DNA of 52,307 bases from a virus (taxonomy: Duplodnaviria; Caudoviricetes), in the IMG/VR virus record IMGVR_UViG_3300034980_000365, positions 1 through 52,307 of that record; one strand, written 5' to 3'. Position numbers and translations under genes: made by a program. Under the pieces are notes generated by a model. The model was not told the origin of the DNA, did no database searches, and worked only from the letters and a program-made list of their open reading frames with translations. The first letter of the stretch is position 1. Every line of letters starts with the position of its first letter. This document shows, piece after piece, positions 17,673-26,232 of the stretch.

Positions 17673-18747
17673 CTTCTAATACCTTAACTATTTTTTTGGC
17701 TGAATTTTCCCACGTAAATTCCTGCGCTGTTTTAATTCCTTCCTTATTTTCCCCTAACTCATTGTCCTGCTTCTTCTTATGAACAATTTTCATATACTCT
17801 GCAAGTTGATCAATATGCTCATCATTTAAACAGTACCAATCACCCTGCCCTGTAAAAAATTTACCGTCGTATGCTAATTCCATTTCATCAACTTCAATTA
17901 ACATACTATTATCTTGGTTGCAAAATTCAGTGTGTCCCGTACAATTTGTAGTAATAACAGATTTGCCACATGACATCATTTCCAGAAGTTCAAGGTTCCA
18001 ACCTTCTGCTCTTGCTGGAAAAACGCCACAATCCATTTCCGTCATAGTATTATACACCCCTTCCTGAGTCTCCTGACGTTTTATAAACCTAACCTTAGAG
18101 CCAAGTTCGGTATTTAAGTAGAAATCCACCCATTCTTTATGCTCATGTGGTTTTAGAAAAATATTTTCACATGACATAAATAGTTCTACATCATCATCTG
18201 AAGTGAAAGCTCTATTGAAAGCTTCAATTAAAATATCGTGACCTTTGCGCACTTCCCACTTGCCATAATTCACGAACCTTGTAGATTTGCTCTTGTTTTC
18301 ATTTGTTGCTTTAAAAGTTTGCCTATCAACTCCTAGTGGCACAACATGAACAGTTTCTTCTTTTCTATCTATATTAGACAATACTATTTGTTTCGCCCAG
18401 TCAGAACAAACAATTAAATGGTCTGGATATTCTAGATTGTGCTTTTCCACATCTGTGAATTTATTTAGCTCAAAAATAGGAAAACCTATAGTTCGGCCTT
18501 TCCCGGTAAAACCTGTCATGTCAAACTGATGCCAAATCTTCAAACACGGAGCGTCATAGTGAAAATTCAGATCAAATCTATCAGTTGATTCTTTAATGTA
18601 GTGGAATTTAGGTTCTGGAGAAAAAGTTGACCTGTGCGGAAAACAATGAGCGGATATGTCTAATAACTTACTTAATTCTTCAAATAGATAACATCCCACA
18701 TAACCATAAGATACGGTATTGAAAGGACTTATAAGATTTAATTTCAT
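17659..18747 (-). CDS. GT4 (GT-B) glycosyltransferase
   Basis: VPLGVD, GKWEVRKG, EGWNLELLEMMSCG (E-x7-E), FTWENSA. Confidence 0.88.
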   Translation of the reverse strand: MKLNLISPFNTVSYGYVGCYLFEELSKLLDISAHCFPHRSTFSPEPKFHYIKESTDRFDLNFHYDAPCLKIWHQFDMTGFTGKGRTIGFPIFELNKFTDVEKHNLEYPDHLIVCSDWAKQIVLSNIDRKEETVHVVPLGVDRQTFKATNENKSKSTRFVNYGKWEVRKGHDILIEAFNRAFTSDDDVELFMSCENIFLKPHEHKEWVDFYLNTELGSKVRFIKRQETQEGVYNTMTEMDCGVFPARAEGWNLELLEMMSCGKSVITTNCTGHTEFCNQDNSMLIEVDEMELAYDGKFFTGQGDWYCLNDEHIDQLAEYMKIVHKKKQDNELGENKEGIKTAQEFTWENSAKKIVKVLEDASS

Positions 18748-19031
18748 TGTTCATAATCCGGTATGAAACCAAGTTCACTAAGATGCAGGCAGATGATAAG
18801 GGCTATGTCACTTGGTGTATCAGTAACCTTACCATCTAATGTCACTTCATCAAACGGTGCTTTTTCATACATCGACAGAGCAATCTCAAAAGCTTCTGTC
18901 AGAAATTTTTCGTTTTGTGTTTTGTCAAAGTTTCTAAGCTTACCTATAAAATGAACCGCATCGGCTTGGGTCTGCGGGTTGTCATAAAATTCTGTTACTT
19001 CATTTATGTTTGCTTCTTGTGGTTGCACCAT
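18744..19031 (-). CDS. Hypothetical protein
   Basis: Overlapping ORF in operon. Confidence 0.5.
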   Translation of the reverse strand: MVQPQEANINEVTEFYDNPQTQADAVHFIGKLRNFDKTQNEKFLTEAFEIALSMYEKAPFDEVTLDGKVTDTPSDIALIICLHLSELGFIPDYEQ

Positions 19032-19575
19032 AAATATGGTCCATATCTAAAAATCTCCACCTGTTCATATGGTTAACTTCTTCGCTAGAGTTAATAAAAT
19101 AAAGGTAGGAACGTAATTCTGTCCAATTAGAGAACATCATCTCATGGGGAACGACCCCAAATAACCAATTTGGTATATTGTGTTTTCCTTGTTTGCACAT
19201 TATTAAGACAGGTTTCTTCTGATTGACAGCTAAAAATGCCTCATTGTAAGAACCCGCCATGTGTACATCTAAATCCAGATATAAAACTAAAAAATGTGCA
19301 ATATCGACCATTCTCAAGTCAATAGCACATATAGGTTTCATCATTTCTTGTATTTGATTATAGTCCTCTTTTTCTTTAAGGGCCTCAATATTTTCTCTTA
19401 TTCCTACATTTTCTACACCAAAAGAACAAGCTTTGTCACAAGGGTCTAAAATCCCAACATTCATGTTAACCAAAAAATCTTTTATTCTGTTTCGCCAGTC
19501 AGTTGCCTCCGTCCATGTTACTCGATCCATTGGGCCACTCAAGTAACATAACATGTCCTTTAATCTAGCTTTCAT
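19000..19575 (-). CDS. Nucleoside 2-deoxyribosyltransferase/N-glycosidase-like protein
   Basis: YLSGPM, LDP, DLRMVD, GSYNEA, KKPV pattern. Confidence 0.7.
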   Translation of the reverse strand: MKARLKDMLCYLSGPMDRVTWTEATDWRNRIKDFLVNMNVGILDPCDKACSFGVENVGIRENIEALKEKEDYNQIQEMMKPICAIDLRMVDIAHFLVLYLDLDVHMAGSYNEAFLAVNQKKPVLIMCKQGKHNIPNWLFGVVPHEMMFSNWTELRSYLYFINSSEEVNHMNRWRFLDMDHIYGATTRSKHK

Positions 19576-19705
19576 TCTTTTCCTTTAACTTCACAAGCTT
19601 TATAAACAACTCTGGATTATCTTGTTTGATTTTTAACCATTCTAATTTTCGCCAATAAGGTTCTATTTCTTGAATTCTATTTAATTCTTTTTGTAGATCA
19701 TCCAT
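19565..19705 (-). CDS. Small hypothetical protein
   Basis: ATG 19705 overlaps the upstream stop region. Confidence 0.4.
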   Translation of the reverse strand: MDDLQKELNRIQEIEPYWRKLEWLKIKQDNPELFIKLVKLKEKNES

Positions 19706-19961
19706 TATTTTTTTTCTCCAGTTCAATAACCCACTTGACATAATCCCCCATAACATCTTCTGAAGAATAAATTTCCTCATCGGATAATATTTCTAAGGGT
19801 TGGCGATCTAAAACAAAACCTCTCTCACTAACAACAAAGTTTGTACTGATAAGTATGTCTTTATGAAATGTCATATGTAATGATTTTAAACAAGATTCAA
19901 AAGGTTCTTTACATACAACTATTTGTTTTAAATCTCCGGACTGTACATAATACTTACTCAT
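19698..19961 (-). CDS. Hypothetical protein
   Basis: MSKYYVQSG...VSERGF; operon context. Confidence 0.55.
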   Translation of the reverse strand: MSKYYVQSGDLKQIVVCKEPFESCLKSLHMTFHKDILISTNFVVSERGFVLDRQPLEILSDEEIYSSEDVMGDYVKWVIELEKKNNG

Positions 19962-20370
19962 TGACTATGCCTTTATTAGTGGACCACCATATATTTTGAA
20001 GACCTATTTGGTTAAGAATGTTTTGACAATTTTCACAAGGTTTGCTGTTTTTGAGTTGACCGTCTTTGTTTATCCTAATAACCACCATAGAATAACTACG
20101 ATTAAGATGAATTTTACCCCAGCATTTTTGGATAGCATCTAATTCAGCATGAAGAAAGTTCCATTTCTTATACCTTTGAATATTGAACCTACTACCAAAG
20201 TATAAGACTTTTGCATCAGGCTTGCGTGGCTGATTCACGCCTTGAGAAATGAGCTTGTTACGCTTAAAGATAAAAGCAAAATGATAACATCTATAGCCGT
20301 TTTGAGGGTCATAGCAAGATGAAAATAAATCATGTGATATCTTTAGAGCCTTCTCCAGATTTTTTTTCAT
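19954..20370 (-). CDS. Zn-dependent cytidine/dCMP deaminase-like protein (second copy)
   Basis: HAELDAI...SKPCENC. Confidence 0.78.
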   Translation of the reverse strand: MKKNLEKALKISHDLFSSCYDPQNGYRCYHFAFIFKRNKLISQGVNQPRKPDAKVLYFGSRFNIQRYKKWNFLHAELDAIQKCWGKIHLNRSYSMVVIRINKDGQLKNSKPCENCQNILNQIGLQNIWWSTNKGIVNE

Positions 20371-20539
20371 TCCTAAACGGTTCTAATTTTTCTTGATTTT
20401 CTAACTGTAGCTTTTTAAGTTCATACCCTGTTCGCTTTTCTTCACGAATTAGTTCACGTTTTTTTCTCAACTTTAGCTTGACCTTATTAGCCCTATACTT
20501 CCGCTTCTGTTCTTTTCTTTTTTGTTTCATGTTAGTCAA
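20330..20539 (-). CDS. Small highly basic protein
   Basis: K/R-rich ORF in operon. Confidence 0.45.
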   Translation of the reverse strand: MTNMKQKRKEQKRKYRANKVKLKLRKKRELIREEKRTGYELKKLQLENQEKLEPFRNEKKSGEGSKDIT

Positions 20540-20723
20540 CCGTAGTATTAATTAGTGATTCCAATAAATCACAAAATTCCTTTAATTCGCTTGGGGTAAC
20601 TTCCTTACCTTGTTCCGCGAACATGTTTCTTATACCTGCTGGATCTTGTCTATAGTTTTCTAAAGCAATAACCAGAGATTCTCTGTTTTGTTTAATATAT
20701 TCTACAAGAGGCTTCATATCCAT
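20532..20723 (-). CDS. Hypothetical protein
   Basis: Co-oriented short ORF. Confidence 0.5.
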   Translation of the reverse strand: MDMKPLVEYIKQNRESLVIALENYRQDPAGIRNMFAEQGKEVTPSELKEFCDLLESLINTTVD

Positions 20724-20726
20724 ATC

Positions 20727-20948
20727 TTAACCTTTTAATTCTCTATAGGTGGCAACCCCACCGAGCATAGCTTCTAAATAGGTTTTATCTAAAGCTAAGA
20801 AATGATAATGTTCATTATCTTGAAATCTTGTTATTGGCTTATCCCAATTAACATTCATCAAGGTGTCTTCACTAAGTTCATCTTCTACAATATCAGACCA
20901 AAGCACTTCATCTTCCTCTTTTTTAACTATCAGACGATAGTATTTCAT
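20727..20948 (-). CDS. Hypothetical protein
   Basis: Co-oriented short ORF. Confidence 0.5.
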   Translation of the reverse strand: MKYYRLIVKKEEDEVLWSDIVEDELSEDTLMNVNWDKPITRFQDNEHYHFLALDKTYLEAMLGGVATYRELKG

Positions 20949-21114
20949 TTTCCAGTCTTTCTATTTTCTTTTCTAGATCATAAATTCCTAGAGCTTGTTT
21001 TTGTAAGTAGACACCAAAATAGAAAATCCCATAGAAGATGCAAAAAATAAGCATCCATCCCATAATGGTTCCCGCAAGGTGCCCAGCGGGACTATTTTTC
21101 TTTTGGCTTATCAT
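20923..21114 (-). CDS. Small membrane protein (may be fused with 21092-21211)
   Basis: One TM segment. Confidence 0.45.
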   Translation of the reverse strand: MISQKKNSPAGHLAGTIMGWMLIFCIFYGIFYFGVYLQKQALGIYDLEKKIERLENEILSSDS

Positions 21115-21183
21115 CCTTTTTTTCCTGTGATTTCTCTAATTCCTCTAATTGTCTCATCCTACCGAGTTGATCATGTGGAATTT

Positions 21184-21360
21184 CTAATGACACTTTTTTG
21201 TCGTCTGGCATTGCTTACTCTCTGATTTTGCCTGAGTGTAAATTATGTTTAGCTTTTCCATAATTTCATCCCCTTTGATGGGTGAACCGTCAAACTCCCA
21301 CCAATCAAGCACTTCGTTGATATTGTCAACCAACTTGTCAAAAGTGTCTCTCTGTATCAT
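21184..21360 (-). CDS. Small hypothetical protein (58 aa, MIQRDTFDKLVDN...)
   Basis: My translation; starts immediately after the thyX stop. Confidence 0.45.
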   Translation of the reverse strand: MIQRDTFDKLVDNINEVLDWWEFDGSPIKGDEIMEKLNIIYTQAKSESKQCQTTKKCH

Positions 21361-21361
21361 T

Positions 21362-22024
21362 CTACACCTTAAATGCTTCTATAGTGTGTTTAAAAGGCTT
21401 GTCCTGCAAATTTTTAACCAGATTCAACATTTTCTCAGCTAGTTCGCGGATTTCTAACTGGGCATCTTCTTTATTTCTTAAATTTAGAAAGTGGTAAAAA
21501 CTGCGCCAGTTAAACATTATATCCGCCGTGATCTGACTGTTGTATGTTTTGAAGAATCTTGCGGACTCTTTTGCTCGCTTGCGTCCCAAGATTGGTTCAA
21601 GGTCTTCGATACATCTATGGTATAGATCATTTCCTAGCTTGGTATATTCTTTCAATGCTGACATCCAATCGTCAGCAAATATTGAATGTGTTTCATCTGA
21701 AACTTTAATACCTTTCCAATCTTCCGGCAGGAAGTATTTATCTTCCTTTAATTCTTTATACCTAGCACTCTCCGCATTGATACTCACACCAATCCTGTGC
21801 TTTAAAAGCTGAATATGAGTAGCTATATCTGTAGTTACTAGAAAATGCAACCCCGTTTTTTCAAAAGGCGTGTGATGTCCTTGTGAAGCGAGCATATGTA
21901 GCAGTTTGCCAATTCGCTCACATTTTCCTTCTGTCATCTCTCGTGACGTAGAAGTCCAGGCAGATTGGGCTATAACCTCATCAGATCCATAATGCCCCAA
22001 TAGCTCAACTTCATTCACACTCAA
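21362..22024 (-). CDS. thyX: Flavin-dependent thymidylate synthase
   Basis: GHHTPFE, QLLKHR...SARY ThyX motif, NWRSFYHFLNLR, AQLEIRELA. Confidence 0.93.
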   Translation of the reverse strand: MSVNEVELLGHYGSDEVIAQSAWTSTSREMTEGKCERIGKLLHMLASQGHHTPFEKTGLHFLVTTDIATHIQLLKHRIGVSINAESARYKELKEDKYFLPEDWKGIKVSDETHSIFADDWMSALKEYTKLGNDLYHRCIEDLEPILGRKRAKESARFFKTYNSQITADIMFNWRSFYHFLNLRNKEDAQLEIRELAEKMLNLVKNLQDKPFKHTIEAFKV

Positions 22025-22505
22025 TACCTCCGAAAAAATCCATTTGTGACAATAATTTTTCTTGATTTCTATGTTTTAATAGCTTTTTTTCAAGATTCTT
22101 CATTTGATTCAAGTGACCGAAGGTGATACTATCAACCCCGGTACGAATCTTTTTCAGATCATCAATAATCTGTTCATGACTCGTGGGAACATCATCCGTG
22201 GGAAATTCATCCTGTTCAACAAAATATTCTTCGGCTATGCTGGTTTTACCTTCTACACACTCAGGACACAAAAGATGCTCACCGCTTTTTTTGTGATTAT
22301 CTGTGTAATGACTTAGTCTTAATAATAAATCAGAAACCGCGTTATTAGTTGCAGCACCACCACCAATAGCACTCATGATTTCTGTATTCTTTTCAATTAT
22401 TTCAATCTGATTATATATTCTGTATCTGTCGGATACATTATAACCAAGATAAAATGATCCAATAATCATCACTACACAGCACAAGAAAAGCTTAAAAGTT
22501 TTCAT
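22011..22505 (-). CDS. Membrane-anchored hypothetical protein
   Basis: N-terminal TM; CPEC; GGGAG RBS before ATG 22505. Confidence 0.55.
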   Translation of the reverse strand: MKTFKLFLCCVVMIIGSFYLGYNVSDRYRIYNQIEIIEKNTEIMSAIGGGAATNNAVSDLLLRLSHYTDNHKKSGEHLLCPECVEGKTSIAEEYFVEQDEFPTDDVPTSHEQIIDDLKKIRTGVDSITFGHLNQMKNLEKKLLKHRNQEKLLSQMDFFGGIECE

Positions 22506-22527
22506 TGTATACTCCCAATATAGAAAA

Positions 22528-22601
22528 ATCACCCCATTTTGAGATGACGATATGAATCTGGATAAAACCAGATGCCGCGCTGAATCTCAAAAATGGGGTG
22601 A
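22528..22601. repeat. Perfect 18-bp inverted repeat enclosing an inner hairpin
   Basis: ATCACCCCATTTTGAGAT (22528-22545) / ATCTCAAAATGGGGTGAT (22584-22601); inner ATCTGG-ATAAAA-CCAGAT. Confidence 0.9.
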
Positions 22602-22613
22602 TCTGAAAGATAA

Positions 22614-23213
22614 CTAATCTTCTTTTGTAATCTTGGCTTTAGCCTCGTCGATAATAGCTTTAACCTTCTTGTCAAATTCCGGTTCAATTGCTTCACGCAG
22701 TTTCGCCCTACCTTTAACCAATTCAGCTTTTGTGTGAGGCGTAAGTCCTTTATCTGATACGTCCTGAATCCTTTTTCGATCCACATATTCTGGATGCTCC
22801 ACTAAACCTATATCTCGTAGTGCATCATCCATTCCTGTATGATATCCATTTTCGTAGGAAGAAGCAGAAATGTCTTCAACAGTATATTCATTCTGCGCTA
22901 AACCCTGGTAGTAACCATCATGCCATAGTTGATGGTATTCATCAGTGACTGAAGGATCTTTAATAGCAACCAGAATTCCTTCAGACCGACCTTGGTTCTT
23001 AGCCAGTTCAAGATCATTTTCATGACCGCGATTAATTAAACTATAAGTAATATCTCGCATTTGATCATCATTAATTCGATTACGTTCAGTAGATACTGTA
23101 AACAGATGTTCTAACTCACTGATTTTGGAATTCTGGTAAATTCCATAATGAATCAGCACTGAAAAAGCCAAGACAATTGTGATGTCTACAATAACCTGTG
23201 TTCGCGTATTCAT
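22614..23213 (-). CDS. Membrane-anchored hypothetical protein
   Basis: N-terminal TM; repeated GY..G motifs. Confidence 0.6.
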   Translation of the reverse strand: MNTRTQVIVDITIVLAFSVLIHYGIYQNSKISELEHLFTVSTERNRINDDQMRDITYSLINRGHENDLELAKNQGRSEGILVAIKDPSVTDEYHQLWHDGYYQGLAQNEYTVEDISASSYENGYHTGMDDALRDIGLVEHPEYVDRKRIQDVSDKGLTPHTKAELVKGRAKLREAIEPEFDKKVKAIIDEAKAKITKED

Positions 23214-23324
23214 TTCAATCTTTCTGTGTAGCTTTTTAAAAGTGGTAAAAGTGTAATGTCATACCATATGACAAAGTTTTTCAAAATTTCAAATTCTTTT
23301 TTCGAGATTTCATCCTCTTCTAAG

Positions 23325-23636
23325 TTATCGTAGTCGATAAGGTGAGACAGTATAGACCGGATGGACATATAGGGGTTTATAGTAGTACGTCGGGACATAT
23401 ACAGGGTTCCTAAAAGGTGATGTAAGACCATCGTACAGAAAATCGAAAGTACCAATTACCCCTCGTCGCATGTGTTCTGGAACATTATAAGTTTTCCAAG
23501 TACGCCCACCTTTGTAGTAAGTAGTAGTCGCCGTTGCGGAATTATAACTAACATAGGTTGGTGGGTCATAAACTATCCAGTCAGCACTAGCTGATTTGGC
23601 AAATAAAAACACACACACAAATACTAGATACTTCAT
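23325..23636 (-). CDS. Small secreted Tyr/Pro-rich protein
   Basis: Signal peptide ending ASA; Y/P/T-rich body. Confidence 0.55.
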   Translation of the reverse strand: MKYLVFVCVFLFAKSASADWIVYDPPTYVSYNSATATTTYYKGGRTWKTYNVPEHMRRGVIGTFDFLYDGLTSPFRNPVYVPTYYYKPLYVHPVYTVSPYRLR

Positions 23637-23968
23637 GAAGACCCTCCACTATTTAGAGTTCTTGACGGATTTGAAAATTCTACATTATCCGCTATGATAC
23701 AATAGTCTTGTATTTTTTTACCTTCATATTCTCTTTCTCTTAAATCTAACCTTCCAGCAATATTAATCTGCGTGCCTCTCACAACATATTGGCAACAAAT
23801 TTCACACTGCCTACCAAAACATTTTACATCGATATAAAGGGGGTTATTTCGATTTAATCTTGTAGTACCTTTAAATCGAAAAACTCCCATACTTTCTGAT
23901 AATTGTTTAAAGTCACTAATAGCAACTCCACCAACTGAAATCATATTATGATCCACAATTTTCTCCAA
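23633..23968 (-). CDS. ssb: Single-stranded DNA-binding protein
   Basis: YIDVKCFGRQCE...RGTQINIAGRL...IIADNVEF OB-fold SSB pattern. Confidence 0.75.
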   Translation of the reverse strand: MEKIVDHNMISVGGVAISDFKQLSESMGVFRFKGTTRLNRNNPLYIDVKCFGRQCEICCQYVVRGTQINIAGRLDLREREYEGKKIQDYCIIADNVEFSNPSRTLNSGGSS

Positions 23969-24253
23969 TTAGGTTTTTCTTTTTCGTCTAGTTCGTTTTT
24001 TTACTGGTTCTGGTTCATCAGGCGCATAATAGGTTTCGATTTGTTTTATAGCACCTTCAATTACTGGGTCAATTGAATTCTTAATACGAGATACTTCATA
24101 CGAATTCGTCTTAATGTAGTTCGGGCAGTTCAGTAACTCTACCACATCCTGATCTATCACTTGCGCTTTAGACCTAGCTTCCGGTACTGAATCTGCCCTC
24201 ACTACATATTCAACGTAACATGTTTGTATCTCTTTTACGAGATAGTGTTTCAT
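23969..24253 (-). CDS. Hypothetical protein
   Basis: Co-oriented ORF, basic C-terminus. Confidence 0.55.
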   Translation of the reverse strand: MKHYLVKEIQTCYVEYVVRADSVPEARSKAQVIDQDVVELLNCPNYIKTNSYEVSRIKNSIDPVIEGAIKQIETYYAPDEPEPVKKRTRRKRKT

Positions 24254-24558
24254 GACATGCCAAGAGAACTCAGAATACGACCACGTACAACCTGAGCATT
24301 GCCACGGTTAGAAGTGCATAGTACAGATGATGCTGTACCAGAACTCAGACCGAGCCGAGACGCTGCCTGGGTTGTGCCACGCTTTGTGTTGGCGTAAGTA
24401 CCAGCCCGTGTGCTCCGAGCCACAGCGGTGACTGGGTTAAAAGTCTTGCCGCGATCCGAACCGTTGCGGGCTACTCCAACGATTCGATTACCTTCATACG
24501 ACCAGTTGTATGAGTTAGTGATCTGACTCAGTGACTGGAGAAATTGTTCCTGCTTCAT
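24250..24558 (-). CDS. Hypothetical basic protein (locally GC-rich)
   Basis: MKQEQFLQSL... with AGGAC upstream; FNPVTAVAR, AASRLGL. Confidence 0.6.
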   Translation of the reverse strand: MKQEQFLQSLSQITNSYNWSYEGNRIVGVARNGSDRGKTFNPVTAVARSTRAGTYANTKRGTTQAASRLGLSSGTASSVLCTSNRGNAQVVRGRILSSLGMS

Positions 24559-24775
24559 TCTGCTGTCCTTGAAAAATTGAGATTCGCTCCTGCTGGGCAG
24601 GAGTCTTACTTGGAAAATCTGGCATATCAATACCATAGCGATCAGATATGGATTTCGTCAGCATCATAAGGTGTTGTGATTTCACGCCGTGTAAAGCTTT
24701 TTTAAGTTCGGGTGATACATCACCTAACACCTTCTGCACTGCCGAAACGTAATCTGATTTTTCCTTTATACGCAT
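24515..24775 (-). CDS. Hypothetical protein
   Basis: GAGGA RBS upstream. Confidence 0.5.
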   Translation of the reverse strand: MRIKEKSDYVSAVQKVLGDVSPELKKALHGVKSQHLMMLTKSISDRYGIDMPDFPSKTPAQQERISIFQGQQNEAGTISPVTESDH

Positions 24776-24786
24776 AATTATATCCT

Positions 24787-25044
24787 CTATTCAAAATAGT
24801 TGGCGGGTTTTCTTCCATTTTTAATAAAAGTTTGAGCAACTTTTTCTTTTTCGGTTAGTTTTTGTTCACTGTACTCCTTTGTAGTTTTGTTATAATTCAT
24901 ATGATAAAGCCAACAGTCATAATCAGATCCAGATAGATCTCTACCAGTCAGCGGGTCTTTGGCTAGTTCCCACCGTCTGGTGTACAACTCAATCCTTTTT
25001 TCTTTTTCAGCGAGATACTGTTCCGCAGGAGTTAAATTTTCCAT
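24787..25044 (-). CDS. Hypothetical protein
   Basis: AAGGA RBS before ATG 25044. Confidence 0.55.
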   Translation of the reverse strand: MENLTPAEQYLAEKEKRIELYTRRWELAKDPLTGRDLSGSDYDCWLYHMNYNKTTKEYSEQKLTEKEKVAQTFIKNGRKPANYFE

Positions 25045-25086
25045 AATTTTTTCCTTTATGAGGACCGGGTCTCCGGAATGCAATCA

Positions 25087-25159
25087 TCCGGCAGGTGGGA
25101 ATCGAACCCACGACCAGCACTTTATAAGAATGCGACTCTAACCACTGAGCTACTGCCGG
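25087..25159 (-). tRNA. tRNA-Ile (anticodon UAU), CCA not encoded
   Basis: CCGGCAG/CTGCCGG acceptor stem, GCTC-AGTGGTTA-GAGT D arm, GCATT-CT TAT AA-AGTGC anticodon arm, GTGGG-TTCGATT-CCCAC T arm, discriminator A. Confidence 0.93.
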
Positions 25160-25255
25160 TGACAGCGGTTGGCATCCTAATTACCCATCGCCTTTTATCC
25201 TAGATAAACGAACTCTTAGGATGAGCAGTACAGTCTCCGAACATACTGTAACATA

Positions 25256-25813
25256 TTATTCTGCGGATGTCAAGACCAATTTCTGAATATTTTCCAATTC
25301 ATTTTTTTTCACAATGTAATTTACTGGTCCAGATTTTCCGGTTCTACTATTTTTTATTGGGTCGCTTGGCTTACGATTTTTTAATGTGGCTTTATCGACC
25401 CATCCCCACACACGAACTGTTCTTTTTGTGTCATAGCTACAGCAGATAAAGATATCAGACTTCTCTAATTTGTCTTTGTCTTTTTTTGAGCCGCAGGGGA
25501 CTTTGAGCCAAGGGTTATATTGTGCCGCAGGATGAGTGGCAACTTTAATGTCTGCCTTCATACCCATAATGATCACATCATATCCTTCATCGCCGTGATC
25601 GCTGTATATGGTTTCATCTAGCGGAATATCAAGATATTTACATATTGCAACTTCACCAGCTAAACCGTAAAAATGAGATTGTTCTGAACTATCAGTAAGT
25701 TTCCCATGTCTACCGCTACCAAATTTTGATTTCTTTGCATCTCTAGCTTTTGCTAAAGATTCTACTTTTCTTATATCTGTACTACTCAGTATTATTTCTG
25801 TAAATTTATGCAT
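25256..25813 (-). CDS. Putative PD-(D/E)xK nuclease-fold protein
   Basis: GLAGE...GDEGYD...ADIK spacing. Confidence 0.5.
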   Translation of the reverse strand: MHKFTEIILSSTDIRKVESLAKARDAKKSKFGSGRHGKLTDSSEQSHFYGLAGEVAICKYLDIPLDETIYSDHGDEGYDVIIMGMKADIKVATHPAAQYNPWLKVPCGSKKDKDKLEKSDIFICCSYDTKRTVRVWGWVDKATLKNRKPSDPIKNSRTGKSGPVNYIVKKNELENIQKLVLTSAE

Positions 25814-25889
25814 GATAAATAATCATTCCTATACAGAGTAAAATAAAACTAAACACCATAACTGTTTCTAGCTTTTCCTGAAAATTCAT
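25806..25889 (-). CDS. 27-aa membrane peptide (MNFQEKLETVMVFSFILLCIGMIIYHA)
   Basis: My translation; ATGA-coupled to the upstream ORF; single TM. Confidence 0.4.
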   Translation of the reverse strand: MNFQEKLETVMVFSFILLCIGMIIYHA

Positions 25890-26044
25890 TTAATGTCTAA
25901 AACCTTTCTAATATTTATCAAATCCTGACCATGTAATTTTTTAAGGTGGTTATATATTTTTTCACCTTCTTTTAATTTTATAATAGCCTTCTTATGTTTG
26001 ATGTTTTTATTTTCCCAAATAAAATATGAAACTGTGTAAGTCAT
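25886..26044 (-). CDS. Last cassette ORF, 52 aa (MTYTVSYFIWENK...)
   Basis: My translation; starts at the ATG of the 16-bp repeat at 26041. Confidence 0.55.
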   Translation of the reverse strand: MTYTVSYFIWENKNIKHKKAIIKLKEGEKIYNHLKKLHGQDLINIRKVLDIK

Positions 26045-26232
26045 TTATCAACTCCTTCAATCTCTATTTTATAAAGACCTTTTATCAAGTCCATATGCTT
26101 GCCTTCACGAATAAACCATTCTTCTGTGAGGTCTACAATGACCTCTGAAAGATCGTCAGCATAAAAAGGATGACCGGCGAACCAAGCTAGGCAATCTGCT
26201 GCTTTGTTTGAAATTTTAATTTTCTTACTCAT
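26041..26232 (-). CDS. Cassette ORF, hypothetical, ends EGVDK
   Basis: Bounded by two repeats. Confidence 0.7.
   Translation of the reverse strand: MSKKIKISNKAADCLAWFAGHPFYADDLSEVIVDLTEEWFIREGKHMDLIKGLYKIEIEGVDK

Noticed and set aside
22544-22584. SECIS or box C/D RNA (ATGACGA...CTGA)
   Set aside because: Antisense to flanking genes, helix II poorly paired, guide too short, and no fitting biological context in a bacteriophage.
25045-25086. HDV-like ribozyme 3' of the tRNA
   Set aside because: Only a small CCGG/CCGG hairpin; no P1 partner or nested double pseudoknot found.
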